A stretch of 64,000 nucleotides of DNA from Hyaloraphidium curvatum SAG 235-1 (taxonomy: Eukaryota; Fungi; Monoblepharomycota), in assembly GCA_025558095.1 (NCBI GenBank), contig JAIVFI010000001.1:186001-250000 (forward strand), read 5' to 3'. The notes beneath the pieces were generated by a model, which was not told where the DNA came from, did not search any database, and saw only the letters and a list, made by a program, of their open reading frames with translations. The first letter of the stretch is position 1, and every line of letters starts with the position of its first letter. Below are positions 1 to 12,239 of the stretch, piece after piece. Both the position numbers and the translations under genes were made by a program.

Positions 1-874
1 CGAGGGAGTATTCCAGCAGTGGGGCCGTCCCGATGTGGAGCTCTTTGTTCCCGGGGCCGAGGAGATCCTGGCTAAGGTGCCGGGGTGGAGGGACGGGTCG
101 GCGACCGTTTCCGTAGCAGACAATCGTTCTGATTCCCAGCAACCGAATCCAAGACATTCATCCTACCCGTCGCGCTGCTGCAAGCTCGATGAAACGGGAT
201 GCGTATACTGCAACCGGCCCACGTGTTGGGCGCCGGTGCCTCGCTCCATTGCGCGGTGACACTCGGCGACTCCGACATCGGCGTGCGACGCTGAAGGCAT
301 CTATGAGAGAGAAGAACGCTACGACAGGTCAACGGAGCTTGATGGACGGCGGGCTGGCGATGGGAGAGCTGTTGTTGGAGCTGGGTTTTCTCTTGCTGGA
401 AATTGACAATATAGGGCAGTTGGCCACATATGGGTTCGAGCCTGGATCTTCGCTAAAGGTTTGAAGCGCTCGGTTCGATTCGCAACTAGCGGTTCTAGAG
501 CTCAGTTAGGCGAAAAGTCTAAACTTCCGTTTCGAATAGGGGCCGGGGATCTGGCTGATCACCTGGACGATGGACCCAATCAGGTGACCAAGGGAGCCAG
601 GGACGCCATAGTCGAACATGCTGGCCGTTTCTTCTGAGGCTGCAGTGCCCTGATTTTCCACCGAGGGGTAGTGATCAGTTTGTGAGGTGCACTTAGGTAG
701 GGGTTTTTAGGCTGCGGCGCTAGAGTTAACTCGGGAGTGGGCGCGCCCGGATCACGCGACCCCCTTCTCCCGGCTTCCTTCAACCGTCGGGCTTAGCCCC
801 ACCGCTTAGACCGCTCCCTGCCCCGCGCCGCCCCGCTCCCCCGCTCGCCCCGAATCTCGCCTTCCCGCGCGCCG

Positions 875-3272
875 ATGGCGAAGGGCACCGCCGCGCCGCC
901 GAGCAAGGCGGCGCCCGGCAAGGCCAGCAAGGCCGCGACGCCGGCCAAGCCGCCCGCGGCGCCGGCCAAGTCGCCGGCAAAGGGCCGCGCGGAGCCGAAG
1001 AAGCGCGCGGCGTCGTCGTCGAGCGGCTCGAGCAGCGACGAGGACCGCGCGCCGCAGCGGCCGTCGCAGCCCGTCGAGGTCGAGGAGTCGAGCAGCAGCA
1101 GCAGCTCGGCGTCCGACATGGAGGAGGTCATCGAGCCGCAGCAGCCGCCGCCAAAGGGCAAGCAAAAGCAGCAGCCGCTCGTCGCCGACGTGCCCGTCGT
1201 CACCGTGCGCATCGACAAGGAGGTCTCGGGCGGCGACAAGAAGGGCAAGCCCGCGGACAAGGCCAAGAAGGGAGGCGTCGTCCCCGCCCCCGCCCCCGCC
1301 CCGGCCCCGGCCGCCAAGCCCGCACCCGCCTCCAAGCCCGCCAAGCCCGCCGCCCCCGCGGCCGCTGAGAAGGAAAAGGCCAAGCCGGCGGAGAAGTCCA
1401 AGCCCGCCGCCAAGGCACCCGTCAAGGCCGCCAGCGAGAGCAGCAGCAGCAGCTCCAGCAGCAGCGAGGACGAAGCCGAGCAGGAGCACGAGGCCCCGGC
1501 CGCCGAGGTCGAGGCGCCCCACGGTGCGTTCCGTCGCGCTCCGACCCCTCCTGCCGCGCTGACAGGTGCATGCGCGCCGCAGCCGCCGAAGCCGACGCCA
1601 AGAAGCGCCGCGGCCGCCCGCCCGGGCGCCGCTCCAAGCCCAAGCGCGACCCCGACGCCCCCAAGCGCCCCGGATCGGCCTACACCATCTTCGTGCAGGA
1701 GAAGCACGCCGAGGTCAAGGCCCGCCTCGAGGCCGAGCTCAGGGAGGAGGAAGCCGCCTCGGGGCAGGAGGAGGAGGGCGGCAAGAGCAAGGTGCAGAAG
1801 GCCGTCATCGGCGAGCTGGGCAAGATCTGGAAGGCCATGACCGACGAGGAGAAGGAGGTGGGCGGCGCGCGGCCGTCTCTCCCCGGCTGGCAAGCTGACC
1901 CCCGTCTTTTCCTATCCCAGCCCTACAAGGAGAAGGCCTCCGTCGAAAAAGCGCTCTACGAAGCCAAGAGCAAGGAGTACACCGACTCGGGCGCCAAGGA
2001 GCGCTGGGCCGCGGAGCACCCCAAGGTCGACGCCAAGCACCCCGCCCCCGCCGCCACCGCCGCCATGTTCGCCACCCCGGCGCCGCACGTCCCCGTCAGC
2101 ACCGTCAACCCCGCGCTGCACGCCAAGCTCGTGCGGTTCGCGGAGGAGGACGGGTTCGAGGGTGCCAACGAGATCCAGGCCATGATCGCCGCGCTGCCCA
2201 CGGAGCAGAGGAACGAGGCACACCGCAGGTTCAACTACCTGCTCGACTACAAGAGGCTAAGGACGGTCGACCAGTGGGTGTCGCAATGCACAGTGCCCGG
2301 CGTAATTCGGTTTCTTGTTGCGGAGCTGATGACTCCCCTCCCCAAGGCTGGCCATGGCCATCGAGAACATCCCCGCTGCCGACACACCGCGCCCCGCCGC
2401 CGTGGCGCCGGCCGCCATGGTCGTCGAGAAGAAGGAATCCTCGTCGGCTCGCAAGGTCAAGCCCGAGGTCGAGATGACCGACAAGGCCAAGCACCGCAAG
2501 GCCAACCAGGCGTGGAAGCGCATGCTCGTCGTGGGTTTCCCCCTCGCCCGTCCCCGTCCCGCGCACGGAACTGATTGCCGCGTCCTTTTCCCGCAGCGCG
2601 ACCTCGGCTTCCCCAAGCAGCCCGAGACGAGCTACCTCGCCTTCCGCACCGCGCACCAGAAGCCCGTGCGCGACCAGCTCGCGCGCAACCACCCCGCCGG
2701 CGCCTCGATCCCCATGAAGGAGGTCGCCGAGGCCGTGGCGACCATGTGGCGCGCGCTCTCGGACGAGGAGAAGCGCATCTGGGACGCCAAGGCCGAGGCC
2801 AACAAGCGCGACTACGAGCGCCGCGTGGAGGAGTGGGCGAGGGAGCACCCCGGGTACTCGCTCGAGGTGCCGGCGCACGAGGTGGACAAGTGGGCGAGGG
2901 TGGAGGAGCCGGCGGGGGGCAAGAGGAAGAGGAAGAGCGCGGCGCACGAGGCGCACGAGGAGGAGGGGGAGCACGAGGAGGAGCACGAGGAGGAGGGATC
3001 GCCGGAGCCGGCTCCGGCGCCCGCCAAGGTGGGCTCGTCGTCTTCATGCCGTGTGCACTAGCTCATTAGCGGACGCTTGGTCGACAGCCCGACCCCGTTC
3101 CCGCCGCTGTCGCCTCGGGCGACGACGAGGAGGAGGACGAGGAGGAGCGCCGCAGGCGCAAGGAGGCCAAGCGCGCTCGCAAGGAGCAGAAGAAGCTCGA
3201 AAAGATGAGGGCTGGTGGGTTCATCGGTCGGTTTGACCCAACGAGTGCTGACAGGTCCATCCAGGCAAGTAA
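875..3272 (+). CDS. AT-hook plus two HMG-box chromatin protein with Lys/Ala/Pro-rich N-terminus (6 exons)
   Basis: KRRGRPP AT-hook. HMG box 1 RDPDAPKRPGSAYTIF...IGELGKIWKAMTDEEKEPY. HMG box 2 PKQPETSYLAF...VATMWRALSDEEKRIW. GT-AG introns 1524-1582, 1858-1920, 2274-2346, 2531-2596, 3029-3087 and 3215-3264 join the ORF pieces in frame (the last yields a 2-codon terminal exon). Confidence 0.85.
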
Positions 3273-3605
3273 TCGGATACTGGTGCTTTCGTCGATGTGT
3301 GTAGTCTCTTTCGGATCATGTTGTAATGCTCTTCGAATGGAATGGAATCAACGGGTTAAAGCAGTTTGGGACGGGCGACCCTGGGGCGACCCGTGACCCG
3401 GAAAAACGACCGCGTTCCACACCTCACGTCGCTGGGGAACGCGACTAGACGCGATCCGCGTCTGAGGAAGGCCCAGGCATCGGACAGACGCGTTCCCCGC
3501 GCGCGGCAGCTCGCTTCGGCGCTGGTCGCATCGCACGACTTGTCTCCAGTCACCCGGACCACCTCTACCCCTTGCGCACCGCTAGGCACCCTTTGACCGG
3601 CGGTG

Positions 3606-4721
3606 ATGGACCTGAAGGTCGTGTTCGTCGGGGACAAGGTCGTCATGGGTCCGCTACGGCTCGAAGTCTTCGAAGAGCGTGCTCTGCGCGTGACCGACGC
3701 CTCGGGCGCCGTTCGGGTCGACGTGGTGCTCCGCGAGATTGACAACATCGCCGTGGGTACTCCCTTCGTCGATGTCTAATCACACCATACCAACAATGCC
3801 CTTCAGGTCACCGCGGCCCCGGACAGTCAGCAGTTTCTCGCCATCTCGACTCGCCGCGGACTCGGCGTTCAGGAGTTTTTTGGGCGCTACAAGGGTTCTG
3901 CGCGTAGGTTTTGTTCTTGCCCGGGAGGATGCTGTGATCGTGGCTCATATTGCGTCGCCAGAGGGGAGGTTCATGGTCAGCACAGATCATCTTCGTTGCA
4001 GGGAACCACCAAGCGCTGCTCACCTTCTCCAACCGCCTTCGCCAAGCAGCACTCGTGCCCGAGTTCGCGCCCATCACGTGAGCCTACGAGCGGCAGGGGA
4101 GAACGAGTAGATCCTGCTAACCCCGACCTGTCCTCCAGTCCATCGCAGGCAAACCTGTGCTTCTACCCCGACCCAGAGCGATCGTACTTCCGCAAGCTCG
4201 CAGGCCAAGACCAGACACCGCCGCCCGCACCGGCCTCCGCAGCGCGCGCGACCAATCCCAGCTCCGCTGCCTCCGGCGTCGCACCCTCTGGCTCCGCACC
4301 CTCGGCCCCCATCACCGCCACCGCCGCCGCCAGGAAGCGCAAGCGGGCCGCATCTCGCAGCCTCGTCACCATCAGCGCCATCCCGATCCACACCGAGACT
4401 TTGGCCGCCATCCCTAGCCCGATGCCGCAGACGCCCATTCCGGACTACCGCGAATTGGTCCACCGTTTCAGCAAAGACGACGCTTTCGATGGGGCGGAGG
4501 AGATTCAGGCTGCGATCGCCGCACTTCCGCATGAGCCGAGGGCCAAGGCACAGCGCAAGTTCCGCGCCCTTCTGGAGTACAAGAGGTTGAAGGTCGCCAA
4601 TGAGTAAGCCTGACAAATCTGCATGGTGGCGGGATGTACACGACTGACTCCGCGGGCGCCTGTGCACCGCAGCCTTGTCGAGATCCTGGGTGATCGCACC
4701 TTTCCGGACATGGATGATTGA
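3606..4721 (+). CDS. Hypothetical multi-exon protein sharing a ~50-aa helical domain with the adjacent HMG protein
   Basis: ATG 3606 MDLKVVFVGDKVVMGPLRLEVF...; donors at 3753, 4078 and 4604. The C-terminal RFSKDDAFDGAEEIQAAIAALPHEPRAKAQRKFRALLEYKRL aligns with RFAEEDGFEGANEIQAMIAALPTEQRNEAHRRFNYLLDYKRL at about 2134-2260. Confidence 0.6.
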
Positions 4722-4883
4722 ACCCTTCGATTCTCTGACGTCTCTTTGTCTCCTGATGTGTTGCTTTGTCAATGAATACAGTCGGTTTCCGCCGCAGGCC
4801 ATTCACGAGCCGGCTCTCCGACGACGCGGTGAGCGTGTTGACAACATAGCAAACCGCCGCCACGCCCTCATCTTTCGCTCGCT

Positions 4884-6011
4884 ATGGAGGACGCGTCGAA
4901 GCACCGTGTCGACTTCTTCTTCGACTACTTATCTGTGCGCTCCTCCATCGCCGCCGTACACGACGCGAAGGGCTAATCGCATGTGTCTCCCATGCCTTCT
5001 CGCCGTGTTCCCCTCTGCTCGTCGAATCCCGTCTCTGTTGCCTTGGACGACATTAGCCCTTTGCCTACCTTGCGTATTTCCAGTTGAAGGATCTCCGGGC
5101 CCAGTTTCAGCGGGAACAGGGCCGGACTTTTGAGTTTAACTTGGTTCCCGTGGGTCCGCCCCTTCGAACACGTTTCACATAGGACACTGAGCATGTGCCG
5201 TGACAGGTCGTCTTTGGCAAGCTCCTTGACTATTGGGGGAACGTTGGGCCGGCAGAAGTACCGAGCAAACGACTCGTTGGGTTCTTTCCCTAGCAGAAAG
5301 ACTTCCCGAGCTCACCCCCTCTCTTTTCTCTTTCTTTCTTCTTTTCTCTCTCCTCTCCTCCCCCTTTTCAGTGGCTCGCCTTCGATACTCGTCGATTTGC
5401 CCGCGTCAGATGGCCTGACGGGAGCGTCAAGGTCGGAGGCCCCAAACGGCATCCGTTCAAGCCGGTACTTGCGCTGCGGCTCAGTTTGAAAGAGATCTCG
5501 GGCTCGGATCAGGAAAAGGTGGTCGACGCGCTGTGGCGTGGTGCTTGGGGTGGGTCTCCGTCTTCTTTTGATGGCGCTTCACGGACAGAACTTTGTCCAA
5601 CCTCCATTGGACCACTATGCAGACTCGAAATACGAATACGACGTCTCCGACCCTGCGGACCTCCAAACCCTCCTCGTCAAGTTTGCCGGCCTCTCTCCCG
5701 CCCGTGCCACTCAGCTTCTCGATCTGGCAAACCAGGAGACGGCAAAGCAGGCCTTGATGCGGACCACGGCCGACGCGATCGAAAAGCACCGGATCTGGGG
5801 CGTCCCCGTTACCGTCGTCGATGGACAGGACGTCTACTGGGGAAATGACCAGATCCCCTACGTCGAGCTGCAGCTCCGTGGCAAGGGCGTGCTGACGCAG
5901 GCCGGGATGTCGAAGGAAGAGCGGGAGGATCTGGAGACCTGGGAGCAGCTGCAGCGCGGGATCGATCGGAAGGGGATGAACCCCAACGAGAGGTTGAAGG
6001 GGAAGCTGTAG
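4884..6011 (+). CDS. DsbA-like thioredoxin-fold protein (HCCA isomerase / GST-kappa family), multi-exon
   Basis: N-terminal MEDASKHRVDFFFDYLS and C-terminal AIEKHRIWGVPVTVVDGQDVYWGNDQI match the family motifs FxFDxxSP and G(V/I)FGVP...(F/Y)WGxDR. Internal exons were not fully resolved. Confidence 0.7.
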
Positions 6012-6260
6012 ATTGAAAAGAGGTGGTTCTAGGCTCTCTTGGTCGTTCAATCTTCTAACTAGGGCGGGCCCAATGAGGTATATTGTCGTCTTTCAGAATG
6101 AGGGCCCTTCGACGATTTGCTCCGCCACTTGGCCCCCCCCTGCTGAGCCGACGCCGCCACGACTCGCCCAACACCCTCTAACTGGGCGTTTGCCTTCGAA
6201 CACTGGCGGCGAAGACCATCTTTCCGTCAGACCCAAGCCGAACGGCGGCCCGCGGCCACG

Positions 6261-8045
6261 ATGCGCCTTTTCTGGCCCCTGGCCGTGCTGCTGCTGTTAG
6301 CCGGCTCTGCCCTTGGCATTCCCCGGAGGTCCTCGGATGGGGCTGACCAAGGCGATTTGCCCCGCCATGCGGATTCTGCGGGTCCTGCCCGGCCACGGAG
6401 GGCCTTCTGGCGACGGCAGGAGAGCTTCTCCAACCCGGAGGGCTATCGCCTCGCCTCCCTCCCGAACCTCGCGCAGGCCGACTTCGACCAGTACCACTCC
6501 TACGCCGGAGTTGTGCCGCTGAACCGGACGCGGAGCCAGCTCTTCTTCTGGCTCGTCACCCCGAAAGCGAACCCGCGGCCCCGGACGCGCCCGCTTATCC
6601 TCTGGCTCAACGGCGGGCCGGGCTGCTCCTCGATGGACGGCCTGTGGCTAGAGAACGGGCCCTATCGGGTCGTAGAGAACTCGGGAGGGGATCGCGTGGT
6701 GCTGAACAAGCCGAACTGGGTCGACGGGGCGGGCAACATGCTCTTTCTGGACCAGCCCGTCGGTACGGGCTACTCCTGGACGGGCGGTGCCTTGCTGCGG
6801 ACGCAAACGGAGATGGCGCGCGACGTCTTGAACTTCCTACTTTCGTGGTTCTCCATCTTCTCGGATTACCAGCAACCCGACTTCTATATCTCCGGCGAAT
6901 CATTTGCGGGCACGTACATCCCCTACATCGCCCGGGCAATCCTCGATTACAACGCGCTTCCGACGACGAAGAAGCCGATCAACCTCAAAGGAATCGCCAT
7001 CGGCAACGGCTGGATCGACCCGGTGGCGGGCTACAAGTCCTATATCTCTTTTGCCGATGAGGAGAAGCTGTGGAAGCCAGACTCTGTGCACCGGCGCAAC
7101 GCGCTCTCGAACCTTGAAACCTGCCTGGCCTTGCAGGAGGAGAAGCCGGCCATCTCGGCGTACGCCCCTTGCGAACAGGTCCTACAAGACTTGGTTGCCG
7201 GCAGCCGGGAAGTCACTCCTGGCGGATCGTGCGTGAACATCTATGACATCCGCCTGGAGGACACGAACCCGCTCTGCAATGGAATGTCGTGGCCGCCGGG
7301 CGTCGATGACATGAGGACCTACCTCGTCCGCGACGACGTTGTGGAAGCCGTAAACGTGAACGGCTCTGCTCGCAACCCCATCTGGGACGAGTGCTCTAAC
7401 AGCGTTTATTTTTCCATGGATCGCGACCTGACTAGCGCGCCCAGTGTCACTCTGTTTCCGGGCCTGCTGGAAGACGGCCTTCGTGTGATGCTCTACTCGG
7501 GCAAATCGGATTTGATTTGCAACTGGCACGGGACCCGCGATCTGATTTCTGAATTGGAGTGGGCAGGTGCGACCGGCTTTTCGGCACAAAGCGCACTAGG
7601 GCCGTTTGTCGTGCGCAACGGGACCGTCGCCGGGGAAGTTCAGCACGAGCGCAATTTGACTTTCCTCCTGCTCAACGAGGCTTCGCACATGGCTCCATTT
7701 GATCAGCCGGGTGCAACTAGTGACATGATGTCCTTCTTCATATCTGACTCGTTTGTTGGGACGACGGCGTCGACTGCTCGGACTTCTTCGACAATGACCA
7801 CCTCTTTGTCTCGCACTGTCACCGTCGGACCAACAACTGCTTCAATGTCGACCAGGACTGCTTCAGCATTGACGACGAGGACCTCGGCCGCAACGTCGGA
7901 GACATCCAGCCGCGCGACGGGGACTGTGTCCGTTACCGCGCCGATCACTCTTTCGACGTCGCGACCCAGCTCGGCGGCGGCCACGGTCTTCTTTGGGCCA
8001 TTGACTCTGATTGCCGGAGTGTTATCGCTTTTCCTCACGGTTTAG
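6261..8045 (+). CDS. Serine carboxypeptidase S10 (Kex1/CPY-like), secreted, with Ser/Thr-rich tail and hydrophobic C-terminus
   Basis: Signal peptide; WLNGGPGCSS; DQPVGTGYS; GESFAG (catalytic Ser); DLICN (Asp); ASHMAP (His). Confidence 0.92.
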   Translation: MRLFWPLAVLLLLAGSALGIPRRSSDGADQGDLPRHADSAGPARPRRAFWRRQESFSNPEGYRLASLPNLAQADFDQYHSYAGVVPLNRTRSQLFFWLVTPKANPRPRTRPLILWLNGGPGCSSMDGLWLENGPYRVVENSGGDRVVLNKPNWVDGAGNMLFLDQPVGTGYSWTGGALLRTQTEMARDVLNFLLSWFSIFSDYQQPDFYISGESFAGTYIPYIARAILDYNALPTTKKPINLKGIAIGNGWIDPVAGYKSYISFADEEKLWKPDSVHRRNALSNLETCLALQEEKPAISAYAPCEQVLQDLVAGSREVTPGGSCVNIYDIRLEDTNPLCNGMSWPPGVDDMRTYLVRDDVVEAVNVNGSARNPIWDECSNSVYFSMDRDLTSAPSVTLFPGLLEDGLRVMLYSGKSDLICNWHGTRDLISELEWAGATGFSAQSALGPFVVRNGTVAGEVQHERNLTFLLLNEASHMAPFDQPGATSDMMSFFISDSFVGTTASTARTSSTMTTSLSRTVTVGPTTASMSTRTASALTTRTSAATSETSSRATGTVSVTAPITLSTSRPSSAAATVFFGPLTLIAGVLSLFLTV

Positions 8046-8122
8046 AAGGGGACGCGGACGCAATAGACAAGATGAGACTCAGAGAGCTGCAACTGAGCCA
8101 CGTCGCGGCCACCGGCCTACAG

Positions 8123-10744
8123 TCATTCCTTGGGCTCGAACCGGGCCATCGCGGTATACATCTCGGCCCCAAGCGACGCCGCGGCCAATTCGACCTTGAA
8201 AACGGCCACCTTGAGCGAGTCCACCGAGAACCTTGCGGAAAAGTTGGTGTGGATCGCACGGCCCATGCCCTCGATCACGACAAAGTCCGCGTCCGCCGTC
8301 GCCCGCGCGAAATCCCCGTCCACCCGGGACAGGTCTATGCAGGGCCCGCCGGCGCCGGTGCCCAGCACCGTCAGCATGCCCGAGCGCCAGGCCTCGGCGA
8401 TTTGCGAGTCCAAACGGCTGGCGCGCTCCAAGATGTTCGGGAGCTCGTACGCCGTCACGTCGTTCAGGGCCGGGAAGCTGTTGGCGGCCAAAATGACCTT
8501 GCAGCCCCGGCTGACAAGGTAGCGGGCAAACGGAAGCATGCCGAGAACAATGTCGGCACCGGAGCTGAAGACGCGTATCAGTCGTCTGCCGGAAAAGCGC
8601 CATTCGCCCGAGGGTCAGCCTACTTGTCGACGATGAAGACGGCCTTCTTGTAGAATGACCCGTTCAGCATCCGGTCCTTGAGCTGGTCGATGTTGTAGAA
8701 CTGCGGGAGCTGGATGAGCCCACGCGACCGACCAATCCCCGAGACCACGTACGTCGGGCGTCTTTTTGATCTTTGCCTTGGCGGCGTTGAAATCAAGCTC
8801 TCCCGCCCGCAGCATCTCCAGGATCTTGACCGCGCCCCAGTCGAACATGTTGCCCGAGTTGGCGTTGTCCACCAGCGTCTCGATCCGCTCCCCCTCGTCC
8901 TCGATCTCGTCGATCTGCCGGAGGACCGTCGGCAAGGCCGACAGCGCGGCCTGGTTCTCGTCCGCCTTGATCGTGTCGTAGAGGTCGTAGAAGCCGAGCT
9001 CGCGCAGGCATTCCTCGCGCAGGAGCAGGAGGCTGCGGACGCTGAGCGTGCCGTAGGTGTTGGGGTTTTCGCGGAGGGTTCGGAGGTGTTTGCGGTACAG
9101 GGTCTGGAGGAGAAACGAGCGTGAATACCAGGAGGGGAAAGGACACATGTTGACCCACATCAAACTCGACGGCGCGCTCCTTGTTGTCCGGGTTGCCCGA
9201 CCACTCGCTCGCCATGTCGGCGAGGTGGTGCAGGCTGTTCTGCAGCAGGTCGATCCACGCCGTCGTCAGCTCCGGCGTCATGTCGAACGTGTCGCAGACG
9301 TAGGGCTGCTGCAGCAGCGGGAAGGGGACGAGCTGGATCGGCAGCTGCTCCAGCGCGCCGATAGACGGCACAACGGTGGCGTCCGAGGCGAGGGTGAAGT
9401 TTTCGGCAAAGGAGCCCGCGCGCATGCGGGTGGGAGGGGTATGTTTGACGAAGGCGCCGATCGCGCCGAGGTAGCCTTCGTGGCGGAGGAACAGGGACTC
9501 CATTCGGCCTGACAACACATCAAATCAGCAACAGCGAATCGACCGCTAAGGCGAACAACTCACCCTGAGACCAATACTGGACGGCAAATGTGATTGCCGA
9601 CATTGTCGGCGGGTGCCCGCGGATGAAGGAGCCGGTGAAAAAGATGCGCTTGCAGCCGTGCAGTTGCGCGTTCAGGAAGGCGAGCTGGCCCAGGTTGTTC
9701 GAGATCATGTAGAGCAGCGACTGGCACAGGTCCTCCGGCTTGAAGTTGCGCTTCCCGGGCCCTTGCTTGAACACCTTGCCCACGCTCGACGCGATCGTCG
9801 TGGATTTGAGCCCGATCTTGGAGTACTCGCTGCCGTAAATGTCGCCGACGAGGAGGTCCACGGCCTGGTGGTTGCCCTGCTTGGACATCTCAAGCATCTC
9901 CTCGTACGTCTCGGCTTCGCTCAACAGGCTGAGCAGGCCCCAGAGCGTGCCCCCGCCGAGCGACGTGCCGCTGACTCGCTCGTACGTGTCCTCGCCCGAC
10001 ACCTTCAGGATGGACACGCCGGAACCGACGTTGACGATGAGCACGGGGGAGGCTTCGGTGATGGGTTCGAGGTACGGGAGGAAGTTGATGGGGTTGGGGA
10101 GGCGCTCGTCGAAGGAAAAGACCTCGTTGAGAATGCGGTTGCTGGCGACGCAAAAGTTGAAGCCCGCGATGAGAGTTTCGAGCTCGTCGTGTCTGCCGGG
10201 AGACATGAATCAGGGCCGTTCCGGCAATAGATCCGGGTCGCCGCGCGCACCTCTCGACCTCCACCCCGAGCCGCTCCTTCATGAGATTCCAGTACTTGAA
10301 ACTGCCGCCGCCTGTTGCGACCACGACGCGCTGGCTCAGCGGCCTGCGGGTCGGGGGTCAGAGGCCGTCTCCCTCCCCGTCGGACGCGTCCCACATGTTC
10401 TCCGGCAGGTTGTCCTCCGACTGCAAGATGTCCCGCATGAACTCCAGACACTTTTCGATGTCCTCGGTCTCGAACATCTGGAACGACATCCGGCCGGGGG
10501 AGCCCGGCTGCTTCGACCGCGAGAACCAGACGATTTTGGCCAGCGAGCCGCCGATGTCCACGGCGATCTGGGCAAAGCGCCGCTGCTGCTTCGGCAGCAA
10601 AATGGCAGATCCGCTCGGCTCGACGCGTGCGCCCTCAAGATCGACGCCTGGATCCGGGTGGTGGGAGGCGCCAGGATGCCTGGGGATCAGCGGCCAGGAA
10701 CGCTGCCGCCGCGCGTCCCCGCCCACCGCCGAAAGTTTCTTCAT
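8123..10744 (-). CDS. Type II pantothenate kinase fused to a C-terminal DUF89 damage-control phosphatase (PANK4 / plant PANK2 architecture), multi-exon
   Basis: PanK motifs AVDIGGSLAK, ATGGGSFK, DELETLIAG, VNVGSGVSILKV, GTSLGGGT and LRHEGYLGAIGA. DUF89 motifs GNMFDWGA, ANSFPALNDVT and IEGMGRAIHTN. Confidence 0.9.
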
Positions 10745-10929
10745 CCTCCGTGCTGCTTCGCCGCGATCCCGTCGGGCGCAAGCGTCCGACGTTCCGCGCC
10801 GCGCTCGCCATCGCCCGCCGTGACGCGCTTAGCTCCGGATCGCACAATCCTTTTTGAGCCGCAAACGGCCGGGACGACCGGCCCACGAAGGTGCCACGCA
10901 ACACCCGTTTGACTCTTTTTCGGATCGCG

Positions 10930-12166
10930 ATGGCCGCCGCCCTGGCCGCGCAGCCCACGGCCGAGAAGGTGCGGGCCGCCTAGACGCGGTTTGCCGGGAC
11001 ATCTGTGTGACAACGACCTGCTGTAGCCGCTTCTCGACCCCTTCCTCTATCTGTGCGAGCACCCCGGCAAGGAGATCCGCCCGAAGCTTATCGCCGCGTT
11101 CGACGCGTGGCTGCACGTTCCACGTCGGTGGCGCCCGTTTCCTGCCCCCTGAACCCCTGGTGACGCGTCGGCCCCTTTCATGCCCAGCGGAGCTCCTCAC
11201 GGTCGTCACCGACACCGTTGAAATGCTCCATGCCGCGAGCCTTTTGATAGACGACGTGGAGGACGGCAGTGAGCTCCGGCGAGGGATGCCTGGTGGGTCC
11301 TTTGCCCTGTTCTCCCGTCGGAAAGTCTGACCCTTTCTGCTGCCGTTCGCCAGTCGCCCACAAGATTTTTGGCGTGCCGCTGACCATCAACTGCGCCAAC
11401 TACGTCTATTTCCTGGCGCTCCAGAAGCTCATTGACCTGAAGCGGCCGCGGCTGGTCGAGATCTTCACCGAGGAGCTCCTGAACCTCCACCGCGGCCAGG
11501 GCATGGAGATCTACTGGCGCGACACGCAGACGTGCCCCACGGAGGAAGAGTACCTCGACATGGTCGGCAACAGTGGGTCCCCATCGTGTCCCCGCGCGGC
11601 AATCCTTGACGTTCGAGATCAGAAACCGGCGGCCTCCTCCGCCTCGCCGTCAAGCTCATGCAGGAGCTCTCCTCGTCCGACGAGGACTTTGTGCCCCTCG
11701 TCAACATCCTGGGCGTCCATTTCCAGGTCCGCGACGACTATTTGAACCTACGCTCCACGGGATACGCGCGGAACAAGGGGTTCGCGGAGGATTTGACCGA
11801 GGGCAAGTTCTCCTTCCCCGTAATCCACCACATCCGGACGACGCCGGACAGCAGGCAGATGCTCAGTGGGTGTCTTCGGCGGAAAGACCTCCCCAGCATT
11901 GATAACGGCTTTCGCCAGACATCTTGAAGCAGCGGACATCGGACGTGGCGATAAAGAGCTACGCGGTCGACGAGCTGCTGGACCGGGGCAGCCGCTCGTT
12001 CGAGTACACGAGGAGTTACCTGCGGCGGATCGAGAAGGAGGCGAGGGACGAGATCGCGAGGCGCGGCGGGAACAGGGAGCTCGAGAGGGTCATCGATTTC
12101 TTGGCCCGTGACTATGCGGAGCCGATTTTGAACGGGCATGGCGGTGATATCGATATCAAATCATGA
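10930..12166 (+). CDS. BTS1: Geranylgeranyl diphosphate synthase (type III, GGPS1/BTS1-like), multi-exon
   Basis: [11 protein letters not shown]; [21 protein letters not shown] (first Asp-rich motif); [13 protein letters not shown]; [10 protein letters not shown] (second Asp-rich motif); [11 protein letters not shown]. Confidence 0.92.
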
Positions 12167-12239
12167 TGATGTGTATTCTGCCACTCAATTGACCATCCAA
12201 ATGTGTTGAAAAAAGAGTGTCGAGCCCTGATCCAGCGAT

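Noticed and set aside
1-800. Short ORFs at the window start
   Set aside because: No recognisable motifs or consistent gene structure.
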